Origin: a virus
Strand: one strand, 5' to 3'
IMG/VR virus record: IMGVR_UViG_3300037504_000674
Location: 28,753-92,752 of that record
DNA: 64,000 nucleotides
Shown one piece after another: positions 8,953 through 18,432 of this stretch. Position 1 is the first letter of the stretch. Every line of letters starts with the position of its first letter. The notes under the pieces were generated by a model, which was not told where the DNA came from, made no database searches, and saw only the letters and a list, made by a program, of their open reading frames with translations. The position numbers and the translations under genes are program-made.

Positions 8953-9921
8953 ATGCCTAAGATTTTACCTAGCGCAAGAGACGTACATGTCAACAAGATG
9001 CTCACCAACGTATTGGTGGGCTACACCAACCAAGAATTCATCGCCGACGATATCTTCCCCGTCGTAATCGTCAATAAGCAGGCGGATGTCGTTCCTGCGG
9101 TGAAACAGAGCCACTTTTTCCGCAACGAAGCCGGCACGCCTCTTGGTGAGTCGGACACAGCGGCTGACGTTGGTTACGATGTTGATACCAGCGACACGTA
9201 TCACTGCCTACGCTACGGTACGCGCCACTTTATCAGCGACGACCGCCGCATCAACGAAGACAGCCCGTTTGACAGCGACCGCGACGCAACGATGCTGGTC
9301 ACCAACCAACTACGCCTACAACGCGAGGCGAGTTTTACATCCGACTTCTGGGCAACCAGCAAGTGGACAACGGACGTAACCGGCGGAACAACCGTGGACC
9401 AGTGGAGCGACTACGGAAGCTCGGCACCAATAGAGAATGTGCGCACGTATAAGCGCACCGTGCGCCGGCTCATTGGGCGCGATCCAAACCGCATGGTTCT
9501 GGGCGACTTGACATACGATCGGCTGGTAGACCACCCGGATGTACTTGAGCGCATTGCTGTAACGACAACCGGCATCGCCAACGAGGACTTGCTTGGCGCG
9601 CTGTTCGGTCTGGACATGCTGCTGGTCGGACGCACGATTTACACAACGGACGCCGAGGGTACATCAGAGTCTTCGGTTTCATACTCGGCTCACTGGGATG
9701 ACGACGCACTGCTGTACTACGCACCATCACAGCCATCATTGTGGACGCCGAGTGCGGGGTACACATTTGTATGGAATGTTGGTATGGGCAACAACATGGA
9801 GTGGGTCCGCAAGTACCGCCAAGAAGAGAAGCTCGGAGAGTACATCGAGGTTCGCTCGTACTACGACCAGAAGCAAATTGACGCCGACGCCGGGGTTTTC
9901 TTCTCGGATATCGTAGACTAG
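8953..9921 (+). CDS. Major capsid protein
   Basis: 322 aa; LTNV.VGY.N.EFIAD.IFP.V, PN.MVLG, PS...PSAGYT motifs; position; GAGGAG RBS. Confidence 0.88.
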   Translation: MPKILPSARDVHVNKMLTNVLVGYTNQEFIADDIFPVVIVNKQADVVPAVKQSHFFRNEAGTPLGESDTAADVGYDVDTSDTYHCLRYGTRHFISDDRRINEDSPFDSDRDATMLVTNQLRLQREASFTSDFWATSKWTTDVTGGTTVDQWSDYGSSAPIENVRTYKRTVRRLIGRDPNRMVLGDLTYDRLVDHPDVLERIAVTTTGIANEDLLGALFGLDMLLVGRTIYTTDAEGTSESSVSYSAHWDDDALLYYAPSQPSLWTPSAGYTFVWNVGMGNNMEWVRKYRQEEKLGEYIEVRSYYDQKQIDADAGVFFSDIVD

Positions 9922-9929
9922 GGGATATC

Positions 9930-10205
9930 ATGGGAGCACACACCGGGAAATACGTAGTTGCCAGAAAGAGCTTTGGATATGCTGGCAGACACCGGGATAT
10001 CGGTGAGGTGTTTAAGCTGAAAGGGATGCGCAACGACGACAAGATATGGGGCCTCGAAGTGAGCGGAAAGCCAAAGATGGCTCGTTATACGAGGCCGTTC
10101 AGAAAGGACCCCGGAGGATTGCCGAGGTGCGCCGAGTGCGGTGCATTCTTTATTAACCACACTGCCCTTTCGGCACATGGTAACAAAAGACACCAAGGAG
10201 ATTAA
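9930..10205 (+). CDS. Hypothetical protein with C2H2-type zinc finger
   Basis: CAECGAFFINHTALSAHGNKRH. Confidence 0.6.
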   Translation: MGAHTGKYVVARKSFGYAGRHRDIGEVFKLKGMRNDDKIWGLEVSGKPKMARYTRPFRKDPGGLPRCAECGAFFINHTALSAHGNKRHQGD

Positions 10206-10207
10206 GC

Positions 10208-10618
10208 ATGCCAAAGAAACAAAAAGGCAGAGTATGGCAGACGGGTGTCGTGTCTCCGGGGCCTACTTCTTCTTATCAACTCAACGTATCAAAGGCAACG
10301 CTAGATTACGGCGATACAACTTCAACCGATCTGTTCGTCATTCCCGCTAACGCAAACATAGCGCTGATTAACACAGACGTTGTGACGGCATTTAATGATA
10401 GCGGAACTGACGTAGTATACATCGGCAAAAGTGGGGCGACCACGCACTTCGTAAGCGCGCTGTCCGTAACAGCTACCGGCCAAACAGTCACCGGGTACTC
10501 AAATCTCGGAGACGTTGGGAGTTCTGATATTACGGTAGTCGGTCGCTACATCGGGCAAAACAGCGATGCCACAGCAGGCTCAGCAGACGTGTACATTCAA
10601 TGGTACCAAGATAAATAG
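10208..10618 (+). CDS. Putative minor virion protein
   Basis: Thr/Ser/Gly-rich beta protein at the end of the capsid operon; AAGGAG RBS. Confidence 0.55.
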   Translation: MPKKQKGRVWQTGVVSPGPTSSYQLNVSKATLDYGDTTSTDLFVIPANANIALINTDVVTAFNDSGTDVVYIGKSGATTHFVSALSVTATGQTVTGYSNLGDVGSSDITVVGRYIGQNSDATAGSADVYIQWYQDK

Positions 10619-10650
10619 CACTTAGCGTGCACAAAGATTAAACCCCCTGA

Positions 10651-10675
10651 CCCCGCTAGGGAGCGGGGGGTTTTC
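10651..10675 (+). terminator. Intrinsic terminator after the capsid operon
   Basis: CCCCGCT-AGGG-AGCGGGG followed by a T run. Confidence 0.6.
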
Positions 10676-10710
10676 TCAACCTATAGGAATATCAGCCCAC
10701 AGGAGAGAAT

Positions 10711-11415
10711 ATGTCTGACATTATGCTTGCCACATGCCGCGAGAGAATTGCGTATTGGGAACACGTGGACTCAGTCAATTTGGCTCGCAGCTACCTAGCG
10801 CAGCATGGGCATCGCGTTGGTCAAGCGTACACCAGCCCAACTTACATACGCCAGGGCCGCCAGGATTTAGCAGAGGCGTTCCTTGCGTCGGACGCGGAGT
10901 ACATTTGCTACATCGACTCTGACAATGTGTTGCACCCCGCCACGGTTTACCGACTACTTCAGAATGATCTACCAATTGTCAGCGCGCTCTACTTTAAGCG
11001 CAAGGGCGGGCCAGAAGCAGTAGCATTTAACTGGGCAGACGACAATAGAGTAGCAACATATTCTGAGTCGAAGGCGATCAGTGAATGGCTAATTGAGCAC
11101 GATGTGCAGCCGAGCACCCAAGAGCGCTGCCTTGAGTTAGACAATAGCTTGATGAAAGTTGACGTTGTCGGGTTTGGGTGCTGCCTAATCCGCAGGGATG
11201 TCATGGAGGCGCTATCAGATTCTCACAAAGATTTATTTGGCAATCACACGCATAACATCGGAGAGGATGTTTATTTTTGCAGAATAGCACAAGATGCAGG
11301 CTTCCCGATATACGTTGATCTGAATTTGCATATTGGTCATATAAAGCACTACTCAGTCTCAAGCGCGGATTTCCTGCATGTTAAGGAGTGGATTTTGGAT
11401 AATGAGCAATCGTAG
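10711..11415 (+). CDS. Glycosyltransferase, GT-A/GT2-like
   Basis: YIDSD (DxD), VSALYF.R, GFGCCLIRRDV, GEDVYFC, IGH. Confidence 0.85.
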   Translation: MSDIMLATCRERIAYWEHVDSVNLARSYLAQHGHRVGQAYTSPTYIRQGRQDLAEAFLASDAEYICYIDSDNVLHPATVYRLLQNDLPIVSALYFKRKGGPEAVAFNWADDNRVATYSESKAISEWLIEHDVQPSTQERCLELDNSLMKVDVVGFGCCLIRRDVMEALSDSHKDLFGNHTHNIGEDVYFCRIAQDAGFPIYVDLNLHIGHIKHYSVSSADFLHVKEWILDNEQS

Positions 11416-11746
11416 AGTATCTGGGAAAATATCTAATATCACAACTGGAACAGTGAATTCATCTGGCGACAATGTAATACTGCCAGCGCCAGGGTCAGGA
11501 TCGCGCTACGTGATTCGATCCTTCGTAATTCAAGACGAATCGGCCACCCCGGCTGTGCTGAGGTTAGTAGATGGGTCCAACGGTAAAGGGTGGCGGTACC
11601 TAGCGCAAAACCAGGGCGATCATTTGGCAATGACATTTAGCCCAGACTCGGAATGGATAATCACAGATAACGCTCAAGTGAAGCTAAATCTATCAACTTC
11701 CGAATCCTGCGGTTACACACTGCACTATTACGAAGAGCTCACCTAA
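11402..11746 (+). CDS. Hypothetical (putative virion) protein
   Basis: Translationally coupled within the structural operon. Confidence 0.5.
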   Translation: MSNRRVSGKISNITTGTVNSSGDNVILPAPGSGSRYVIRSFVIQDESATPAVLRLVDGSNGKGWRYLAQNQGDHLAMTFSPDSEWIITDNAQVKLNLSTSESCGYTLHYYEELT

Positions 11747-12762
11747 TGCTATTAACGCAATACGATGATCAGAACACCACAATAACGCTTACTAGCTCCG
11801 GCGCTGACCAGCAATTAGCGCAGGGATTCCAATTCAAGCGCGACGCTAATATAGGCCGCGTGTATCTGCATTTGTCAGTTACCGGCACTCCCGGCGGGTA
11901 CTTACAAATAGAAATACAATCAGATGATAGCGGAGTCCCGTCGGGCACAGCAATCGACGCGGGGGCATCAGAGCCTATACTGGTCAGCGAGGCAGAATCG
12001 GGCACCCTAAACGCCTTTCACTTTGACCTAGACGACCGCCCCGCCGGGAGTGCTAATACGCAATACCATATTGTCCTAAAATCTGGCGCGGGTTACACCC
12101 AGGACGCCAGTAATTACGTTGCGATTGGTGGCGATCAAACCACACCTCACTACACACGCGGCGCCGGTAGCACTTACGACGGAGCAGACTGGACCACCAT
12201 AGCCACCGACACCGATTTCACATTTTCTATGTACAGCGGCACTAACCGTGAAGTGTACTCAGTTATCCGCGAGGTAGAAGCGCTCACCAGGCACCTAACA
12301 AATGCCGGGAAGTATGACTCAACAACTGTTCCCACATCGGCCAACGTCATGGACTTCGAAGAATCTGTGTCAGCCATGATAGACGGATGGTTAAAGGGCG
12401 CCGGAGTGCAGACCCCAATCACATCTTCGGATTCGCAAAAAATTCTCCGCAATTACGCAAACTACTGCGTGGCGCTGAATTGCGAAATGACGCAGCGAAC
12501 GGCTGGCTTCAGGTCTCAGGAAAGCGATACCAGAGCAGCCGCGTTTAGAAATATGTGCTATGACCTCAAGAGAGATACTGAAAAAAATGGCCCGATAACC
12601 AAGACCATCAAGGGGTCCGATCCAAGCTCGTCGGCTGGCTTAACGTGCGGCATGATAGATGTAACCGAACGAGAAAACCGCCAAGACGACGACACTATTA
12701 TTCAGCCTAGATTCGAGGTTGGGATGTTCGACAACTTAGGAGAAAGCCTCAAAGATGACTAA
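11746..12762 (+). CDS. Putative head-tail adaptor with N-terminal beta-rich accessory domain
   Basis: C-terminal half YS...EV..L...IDGWL...G..TP resembles adaptor proteins; position. Confidence 0.55.
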   Translation: MLLTQYDDQNTTITLTSSGADQQLAQGFQFKRDANIGRVYLHLSVTGTPGGYLQIEIQSDDSGVPSGTAIDAGASEPILVSEAESGTLNAFHFDLDDRPAGSANTQYHIVLKSGAGYTQDASNYVAIGGDQTTPHYTRGAGSTYDGADWTTIATDTDFTFSMYSGTNREVYSVIREVEALTRHLTNAGKYDSTTVPTSANVMDFEESVSAMIDGWLKGAGVQTPITSSDSQKILRNYANYCVALNCEMTQRTAGFRSQESDTRAAAFRNMCYDLKRDTEKNGPITKTIKGSDPSSSAGLTCGMIDVTERENRQDDDTIIQPRFEVGMFDNLGESLKDD

Positions 12763-13306
12763 GCTAAAATACAAGCTACGCATCAACAAAAACTCCGTGT
12801 TCGGCAATAAGGTGTACAACACAATTGTCGCCATGGAGCAGGGGATGAACGAGCTAGGCAAGAAGATGGTTGCCACAGAGCGCAAGATACTAAACAGAAT
12901 CCGCTATCGCGGCGACTTGCAGAAATCCGTGGGGCACAAAACATCGACAGGGCTTGCGGTAGGCAAGAGTGCAGTCAGGACGGTTATGCGGCTTGAGGTT
13001 GGGCCAAACGTGCCGTCGGGGAGCGAGCCGGAGGGTAAGATATGGGGTGTGTGGAAAGGTGCGCGCGCCAGATGGGTCCCTCTACACAGACTTGAGGGAT
13101 GGTTGGCAGTCAAGGGGCCAAGAGTTACAGCGAAATGGCTACAAAAAAGAATCGCCGGTGTAGTACCTGGGTACCAGGGAGGCACCAGCTTATATCAGCC
13201 AAACAAAGAATTCCCATTCCCGGAGGAAACATTGTGGATGTCAGCTGGCGATATGTACGCAACATCACATGAGCTGGCTAAGGATATATCCGCGATAATC
13301 AAATAA
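12755..13306 (+). CDS. Putative neck/tail-completion protein (HK97 gp10-like)
   Basis: Basic protein, YRGDLQKS motif, synteny. Confidence 0.5.
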   Translation: MTKLKYKLRINKNSVFGNKVYNTIVAMEQGMNELGKKMVATERKILNRIRYRGDLQKSVGHKTSTGLAVGKSAVRTVMRLEVGPNVPSGSEPEGKIWGVWKGARARWVPLHRLEGWLAVKGPRVTAKWLQKRIAGVVPGYQGGTSLYQPNKEFPFPEETLWMSAGDMYATSHELAKDISAIIK

Positions 13307-13764
13307 TGCCATACACTGAAGACGATCTGATGGATGAGCTGCTTACAATCATAAAAACATCCGACAACTACAATGATGACAATTCGTCAATCCAAGATTT
13401 CAAAATACTTGACCGTGGTATCACCCGCGCCGTAATACTGGAGGAGGGTACATTCAGAAGCGAGCGCGATGATACTGTGGTGTACATGAACGCTGGCTCA
13501 AATACCAGTTACAATTTCGGGCTAAGCGTATGCCGGAAATACGGCGACGATTCAGATACACACGAGAACTTGAGGTCGGATGTCAGGGTAATACGCGAGC
13601 TAGTTGATAGCTACAACACCCTCAACGGGAAAGCGCAAAGCTGCAAAGTGGTACGCGGCGACAGCCCAGAATATCTATTTAGGGAAGATGGTACGGGGCC
13701 GTACTTCGCGCGAAGGGTATTAACGGTCGCCATATCAGTTTTGGAGAATAGGGAGATTGCTTGA
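13306..13764 (+). CDS. Putative tail terminator
   Basis: Acidic 152-aa protein after the neck gene; synteny. Confidence 0.5.
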   Translation: MPYTEDDLMDELLTIIKTSDNYNDDNSSIQDFKILDRGITRAVILEEGTFRSERDDTVVYMNAGSNTSYNFGLSVCRKYGDDSDTHENLRSDVRVIRELVDSYNTLNGKAQSCKVVRGDSPEYLFREDGTGPYFARRVLTVAISVLENREIA

Positions 13765-14018
13765 TGGTAGGCGTAGCTGCGCTCTCAATATGCTTAGTTA
13801 TCATGGCTATGCCGATCCTTAGGAATGAATTTTATGCATGGTTGGTCATGCTGATTATTATCAACGCGGCAGTTTTGGCACTCGATATAGATTTCATCCT
13901 GTTGATTAGCTGGCTATTATCTATTACAAAGCTCTTCTTGTGTCATCGGCGAGTAGCACTCTCAAACAGTCAATACGAGCAATATATTAGAGTTAAGGTC
14001 GGTCTTGAAAATGGATAA
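13761..14018 (+). CDS. Small membrane protein
   Basis: Two to three hydrophobic segments; coupled to neighbours. Confidence 0.45.
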   Translation: MMVGVAALSICLVIMAMPILRNEFYAWLVMLIIINAAVLALDIDFILLISWLLSITKLFLCHRRVALSNSQYEQYIRVKVGLENG

Positions 14019-14595
14019 AAACATAGAGTTATTCGAGAAAGTTCTTCATGAAACACGCGAGCAAGCAAAACTGGAATCCGCCCGAATCTCTCTTGAGGAA
14101 CGCAGGGTTAATCATGAGGAAAAGAGATTGGCGATTGAGGAAAGAAACCATGCCCTGCTTAGCAAAATAAGCCACGATGTTGAATTGCTACTAGAGCTAT
14201 ATCACAATGATTTAGAACCGCAGATTACGACTGCATGCGGTAGAACGGATATATTGGTTGAATTTATGAGGGTTCTCACGAATCGACTCTCAAACATTGG
14301 CGACCAAGAGGCTGACAGACTAGAGAGGCTACTGAGGGATTTGGCAGGTATGGAAGTAAATGTGCATGGTGGTACAATTAGAGATATCATCGAAACGCAA
14401 AATAACTACGAAACACAGATTCATAGCATAGAAAAAGCCATAGAGAATGGTGACCCGGAAGCCGCCGAGTCGTTATTGAACACATTGCCCAAAGATGCAA
14501 TTGATGTAGCCGTCGCGTCAATCGCTGGTCCGCTCAATGCCGCAAAGATGATTGCCAAGAAAGTAGGAGATAAAATCGTTGTACGTAGAAAATAA
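14005..14595 (+). CDS. Hypothetical coiled-coil protein
   Basis: Charged heptad pattern. Confidence 0.55.
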   Translation: MKMDKNIELFEKVLHETREQAKLESARISLEERRVNHEEKRLAIEERNHALLSKISHDVELLLELYHNDLEPQITTACGRTDILVEFMRVLTNRLSNIGDQEADRLERLLRDLAGMEVNVHGGTIRDIIETQNNYETQIHSIEKAIENGDPEAAESLLNTLPKDAIDVAVASIAGPLNAAKMIAKKVGDKIVVRRK

Positions 14596-15259
14596 CCACT
14601 GCGTAGTAATACCGGCATACAATGAAGAGAGCAGAATTGGCAACCTAATCGACAGAGTGTCTTTTTTGCCTGTTGTGTCAGTAGTAGATGGTAACGACGG
14701 GACGGCAAATATCGCCCGATCCCTTGGGGCAACTGTTTTAGAGAGCGACCACAAACGCGGATACGGCAAGGCTATGATCCATGGGCTCGTTTACGCATAC
14801 ACTCATGGGTATAACTTCGCTACCGTTATGGATGTGGGTACATGCGACCCAAGCGATCTCATTCACCCAGAGATGTTCTTCTATGATGTATTCCTCAGAG
14901 AGAGAAAACCAAGCAGAATTGGCTTGCGCGAAGTGATTAGTAAAATATCTGCGATTTGCTTTTCATGCGCTATGTGGTATAATGTAAGTGACTGTACATT
15001 CGGCTACCGAACGTACAATTTGCTTAGCATAACCCCGCTCATCAAGCACATTCAAACAAATGGGCACAGCACGAACATGGAACTACTGGGGTTATGTATT
15101 AAGCACGGCTTGGCAATTGGCAAGACAAAGGTGCCGTATTACAACCCAGGCGCTGACACCCAATTGAAAGCTGCCGATTTTGTTGATGCTCTGCGTACAC
15201 TCAATAGACTGAGGAGTTACGAAATTGAAACCTTCAATTGTAGACGTAGTTGTCGATAG
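14579..15259 (+). CDS. GT2 glycosyltransferase (polyprenol-phosphate mannosyltransferase-like)
   Basis: VVIPAYNEE, VVDG.DGT, RGYGKA...G, D.T.GYR. Confidence 0.85.
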   Translation: MYVENNHCVVIPAYNEESRIGNLIDRVSFLPVVSVVDGNDGTANIARSLGATVLESDHKRGYGKAMIHGLVYAYTHGYNFATVMDVGTCDPSDLIHPEMFFYDVFLRERKPSRIGLREVISKISAICFSCAMWYNVSDCTFGYRTYNLLSITPLIKHIQTNGHSTNMELLGLCIKHGLAIGKTKVPYYNPGADTQLKAADFVDALRTLNRLRSYEIETFNCRRSCR

Positions 15260-16013
15260 CAAACTGCAATACTTCAAGAAAAGTTTCCAGTCCCTGATAA
15301 ACCAAACATATACCGACTTTGAGCTTTTGCTGTGCGTAGGGTATCCTGGAACTCTAGTCAACGAGTACTTGGCGGGATTCGACGAACTGCCATTCAAGCT
15401 CAACATCATCCAAGAGCCGCCACGAGAGAGATACCCAGCGCGCGCTTCGGCAAACAACCTAGGCCTAAATGCTGCGACCGGCGATATTTACATTGGTACG
15501 CAGGATGATGTTATATTCCCCGATAACTGGGTGGAGCGCCATATCTGGTGGCACGAAACTCATGATGCACCGATATTCGTGTACAACCAAGTCACCGGCG
15601 CTATCGCCAGAACAGAGGAGGCTCAAAGCGAGGATGAATGGTGGCAAAAGAAGACCAACCCGCGCCACCTCCCCATTGCCTCCCGGTGGCAGTACGCCAG
15701 CGGCCACAGCTTCAGCATGACAATGTCAATTGCCAAAACCATCAAGCATGACGAGAGGTATAATGGCAACTGGGGTTTTGAGGATATTGACTGGTCCTAC
15801 CAGGCCTTTCTTGCTGGCTGCAAATTCTACATAGACACGGAGTGCAAGGTATTTCACCAAGACCACGGCGACAAAGCAATTGACCGCAGGCGCCGTGGAA
15901 AGGAGGAGTTTATGGATTGGCTAAGGCAACGCAGTCGTAATCGCAGGGTATTCGCCGACAAGTGGGGATTCGACCCAGAATACGGCATAGTTATGTTCGG
16001 GGGCGCGCAATGA
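15225..16013 (+). CDS. GT2 glycosyltransferase with GT7C-like C-terminus
   Basis: SL.NQTY.DFE, N.GL..ATGD, QDD, WGFED.D, HQDH. Confidence 0.85.
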   Translation: MKPSIVDVVVDSKLQYFKKSFQSLINQTYTDFELLLCVGYPGTLVNEYLAGFDELPFKLNIIQEPPRERYPARASANNLGLNAATGDIYIGTQDDVIFPDNWVERHIWWHETHDAPIFVYNQVTGAIARTEEAQSEDEWWQKKTNPRHLPIASRWQYASGHSFSMTMSIAKTIKHDERYNGNWGFEDIDWSYQAFLAGCKFYIDTECKVFHQDHGDKAIDRRRRGKEEFMDWLRQRSRNRRVFADKWGFDPEYGIVMFGGAQ

Positions 16014-17035
16014 GAATCGGGCTACTGTACCCAGCACAACCCACTAGTAACTTCGATGTAGCCAAGGGCTACGCTGCGGCATTTCGCAAACTAGGGCACC
16101 GCGTCAAAGAGATTGAGTATCACAAGCTATTCATGATGTGGAGCGAGTATTACAGGTTCTTCGGATTGATACAAGGCGTAGAAGAATACTCATACACAGA
16201 TGAGGACATCATTAAGAGCGCCAGCATCAATGCGATCATCAAGATTATGGAAGACGCCCCAGATTTAGTTGTGGTTATTGATGGCACCAACTTTCACCCT
16301 GCTGGCTGGTTCTGGATAACAAAGCTACAGCAGCTCTCGAACACAAAAGTCGTGATAGTGGGAACAGAGAGTCCCTATCAAGACCGTGGCGTTGCATTGG
16401 TATCTCAGTATGCAGATGTGGCCTACACCAACGAGCGCACGTCGTCAGAGCGCACAGGTATCAAGTACCTCCCAACCGCTTATAGCCAATTAAAGCACTA
16501 CCCAACCACAGTCCCCGACACACTGCGGCATGACGTGGTATTCATTGGGTCCGGCTTCCAAGAGCGCATAGAAATGCTATCCGGCGTCAACTGGGATGGC
16601 ATTGACTTTGCTATGTGGGGCCATTATCCCATCGACCATGATCATCCACTTGCCCCGTACTACAAGGGTGCTCAAATCCCCAACGAGCGCGCCGCTATTA
16701 TGTATTCTGGGGCCAAGATAAGCCTCAACCTTAATCGCACGAGCGTTGACTATGACGGCGAAATGCACATACCTGAGGCGGAGTCCATGAGCCCGCGAGC
16801 CTACGAGATACCAGCTTGTGGCGGATTCATGATATCTGAGTATCGCCCGGAAGTTCTGGATATATTCGGAGATATGGTCCCCGTATTCAGGACTAGCGAA
16901 GAGCTAGAACATCGGATTAGATATTGGCTAGACAGAGAAGAAGAACGCCGAGAACTAGCGGATCGCATGCGAACGTGCGTACATGGTCACTCTTACACAG
17001 ATAGAGCAAAAGTGATATTGCAGGACATCGCCTAA
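16010..17035 (+). CDS. CgeB/YkvP-like GT-B glycosyltransferase
   Basis: DVVFIGS...R, YSGAKISLN, RAYEIPACGGFMIS, HSY..RA. Confidence 0.85.
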   Translation: MRIGLLYPAQPTSNFDVAKGYAAAFRKLGHRVKEIEYHKLFMMWSEYYRFFGLIQGVEEYSYTDEDIIKSASINAIIKIMEDAPDLVVVIDGTNFHPAGWFWITKLQQLSNTKVVIVGTESPYQDRGVALVSQYADVAYTNERTSSERTGIKYLPTAYSQLKHYPTTVPDTLRHDVVFIGSGFQERIEMLSGVNWDGIDFAMWGHYPIDHDHPLAPYYKGAQIPNERAAIMYSGAKISLNLNRTSVDYDGEMHIPEAESMSPRAYEIPACGGFMISEYRPEVLDIFGDMVPVFRTSEELEHRIRYWLDREEERRELADRMRTCVHGHSYTDRAKVILQDIA

Positions 17036-17053
17036 CAGGCACAGCGACAAACA

Positions 17054-17090
17054 AAAAAGCCCCCCTCTTAGCAAGGGGGGCTTTTGTTTT
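17054..17090 (+). terminator. Intrinsic (possibly bidirectional) terminator
   Basis: AAAAGCCCCCCT...AGGGGGGCTTTT flanked by A and T runs. Confidence 0.75.
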
Positions 17091-17123
17091 AAGGTTGTTT
17101 GAAGGTCGCCATACTTGTATCCT
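17089..17123 (+). promoter_or_regulatory. Putative late promoter TTAAGGTTG-N20-TATCCT (tail operon)
   Basis: Repeated motif immediately after the terminator. Confidence 0.55.
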
Positions 17124-17157
17124 ATGATAGTAGAGAGACCTCAAGGAGGAGAATAGT

Positions 17158-17556
17158 ATGGCAACATTTGCAACTGGTTTGCTGGGTGCGGTGTACGTTG
17201 ATTCTACTCTGATCAACTTCGTCACCAATATCACGGTCAATATCGAGCGCGATAGCGCAGAAGAAGCCGTTATGAATCAGCAGTATAAGATCAAGCGCGT
17301 TGGCGCTTATGGCGGCGAGTTTTCTGGGAGCGCGCTAGTTGACCTGGATAGTAAGCAGTTGTTTGACCAGGTTACCGGACAGTCAACCGCAACCAACGTC
17401 CTGAGCATATATCCGGTGTCGAGCGACCTTACCGATTACTGGTACGGAGATGCACAGTTTAACAGTTGGTCAGCAGAGGCGTCGCCAGCAGACTTGTGGA
17501 GCGGCGACTTCGGCGGCGTGTTTACCGGCGAGATTTTCGCAGTAGGATTCAGCTAA
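17158..17556 (+). CDS. Major tail (tube) protein
   Basis: 132 aa, TP901-1-like tube pattern, AAGGAGG RBS, precedes chaperone and tape measure genes. Confidence 0.75.
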   Translation: MATFATGLLGAVYVDSTLINFVTNITVNIERDSAEEAVMNQQYKIKRVGAYGGEFSGSALVDLDSKQLFDQVTGQSTATNVLSIYPVSSDLTDYWYGDAQFNSWSAEASPADLWSGDFGGVFTGEIFAVGFS

Positions 17557-17605
17557 ACATAACAGTTTAATAATCACCTAACCAATCTCAATAGGAGGAG
17601 ATCGG

Positions 17606-18019
17606 ATGGTTAATTACCCCACAGTCAAGGTAAATTCAGACGGCCTCAAGCTAGAGTTCAAGGGGCATGAATGGGTTCCCCATGAGGGAGAATATGTCGT
17701 GTTTGTCCCCTACCTATCAGCAGGCGATATGCTGATGCTACTGGAGGCCTGGAACGATCTAGCCGAAAACGAGGGCGATGCAGAAGCCAGCGAAAACATC
17801 CGCGTCATCAACAAAACCGTCGCCCCGCTATTGGTAAAAGTGATCGACCACTGGACATGGCATCATCCAATTACTGGTGACGAGCTTGGTCCGAAGGCCG
17901 GAAATGAGGAAGTGTTCAGGCCCAGGACGGAGGACATCGCCAGCTTGGGCTTCGAGGAAATTGGTTGGTTGGTGAACAACTTCTTCGCATTGGGCGAGGA
18001 GGGCGAAAACCCTCAGTAG
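17606..18019 (+). CDS. Tail assembly chaperone (gpG-like)
   Basis: Between tube and tape measure; ends ENPQ over a slippery site. Confidence 0.7.
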   Translation: MVNYPTVKVNSDGLKLEFKGHEWVPHEGEYVVFVPYLSAGDMLMLLEAWNDLAENEGDAEASENIRVINKTVAPLLVKVIDHWTWHHPITGDELGPKAGNEEVFRPRTEDIASLGFEEIGWLVNNFFALGEEGENPQ

Positions 18020-18432
18020 CCCTCGTCAGAACGATCCTGTCCGGCGCTGGTAGGCCACCAAAAGAGGCGCTGATCTTGGCTATGTGTGAGATGTTTCATT
18101 GCAGGCCGTCCGAGCTAGAGGCAGAGGACGGCCTGTTGTTATTGCAACTGATGGACATCAAGCATTGGCGGGATGTCGCCAACCGCTACGCAGATAATCC
18201 ATCCACTAAGTCAGTTAGCTCTGAGGACCTACATAGGTTAGCATTCCTAATAGCCGGTGATGACGAGGCTTTGCATATTGATAGAGACGAACTAACCTCG
18301 GAGCGTTACCGCTCGCTAGACAGGTCGAGAGCAATTAAGATTACCGAGGGTCGCAAGCGGGAGCTAAAGAAGAAAGCCGTGGGCGCGTCCGGCGAAGTGC
18401 GTCCGGCAAGGAAGGTTATGGGTGGCAGGTAA
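18007..18432 (+). CDS. Tail assembly chaperone -1 frameshift extension (gpT-like)
   Basis: Open -1 frame with MCEMFHCRPSEL; heptamer A AAC CCT at 18007-18013. Confidence 0.65.
   Translation, partial: KPSVALVRTILSGAGRPPKEALILAMCEMFHCRPSELEAEDGLLLLQLMDIKHWRDVANRYADNPSTKSVSSEDLHRLAFLIAGDDEALHIDRDELTSERYRSLDRSRAIKITEGRKRELKKKAVGASGEVRPARKVMGGR

Noticed and set aside
13993-14029. Fifth late promoter TTAAGGTCG
   Set aside because: Mismatch in the 9-mer and no TAnnnT at the 20-nt spacing
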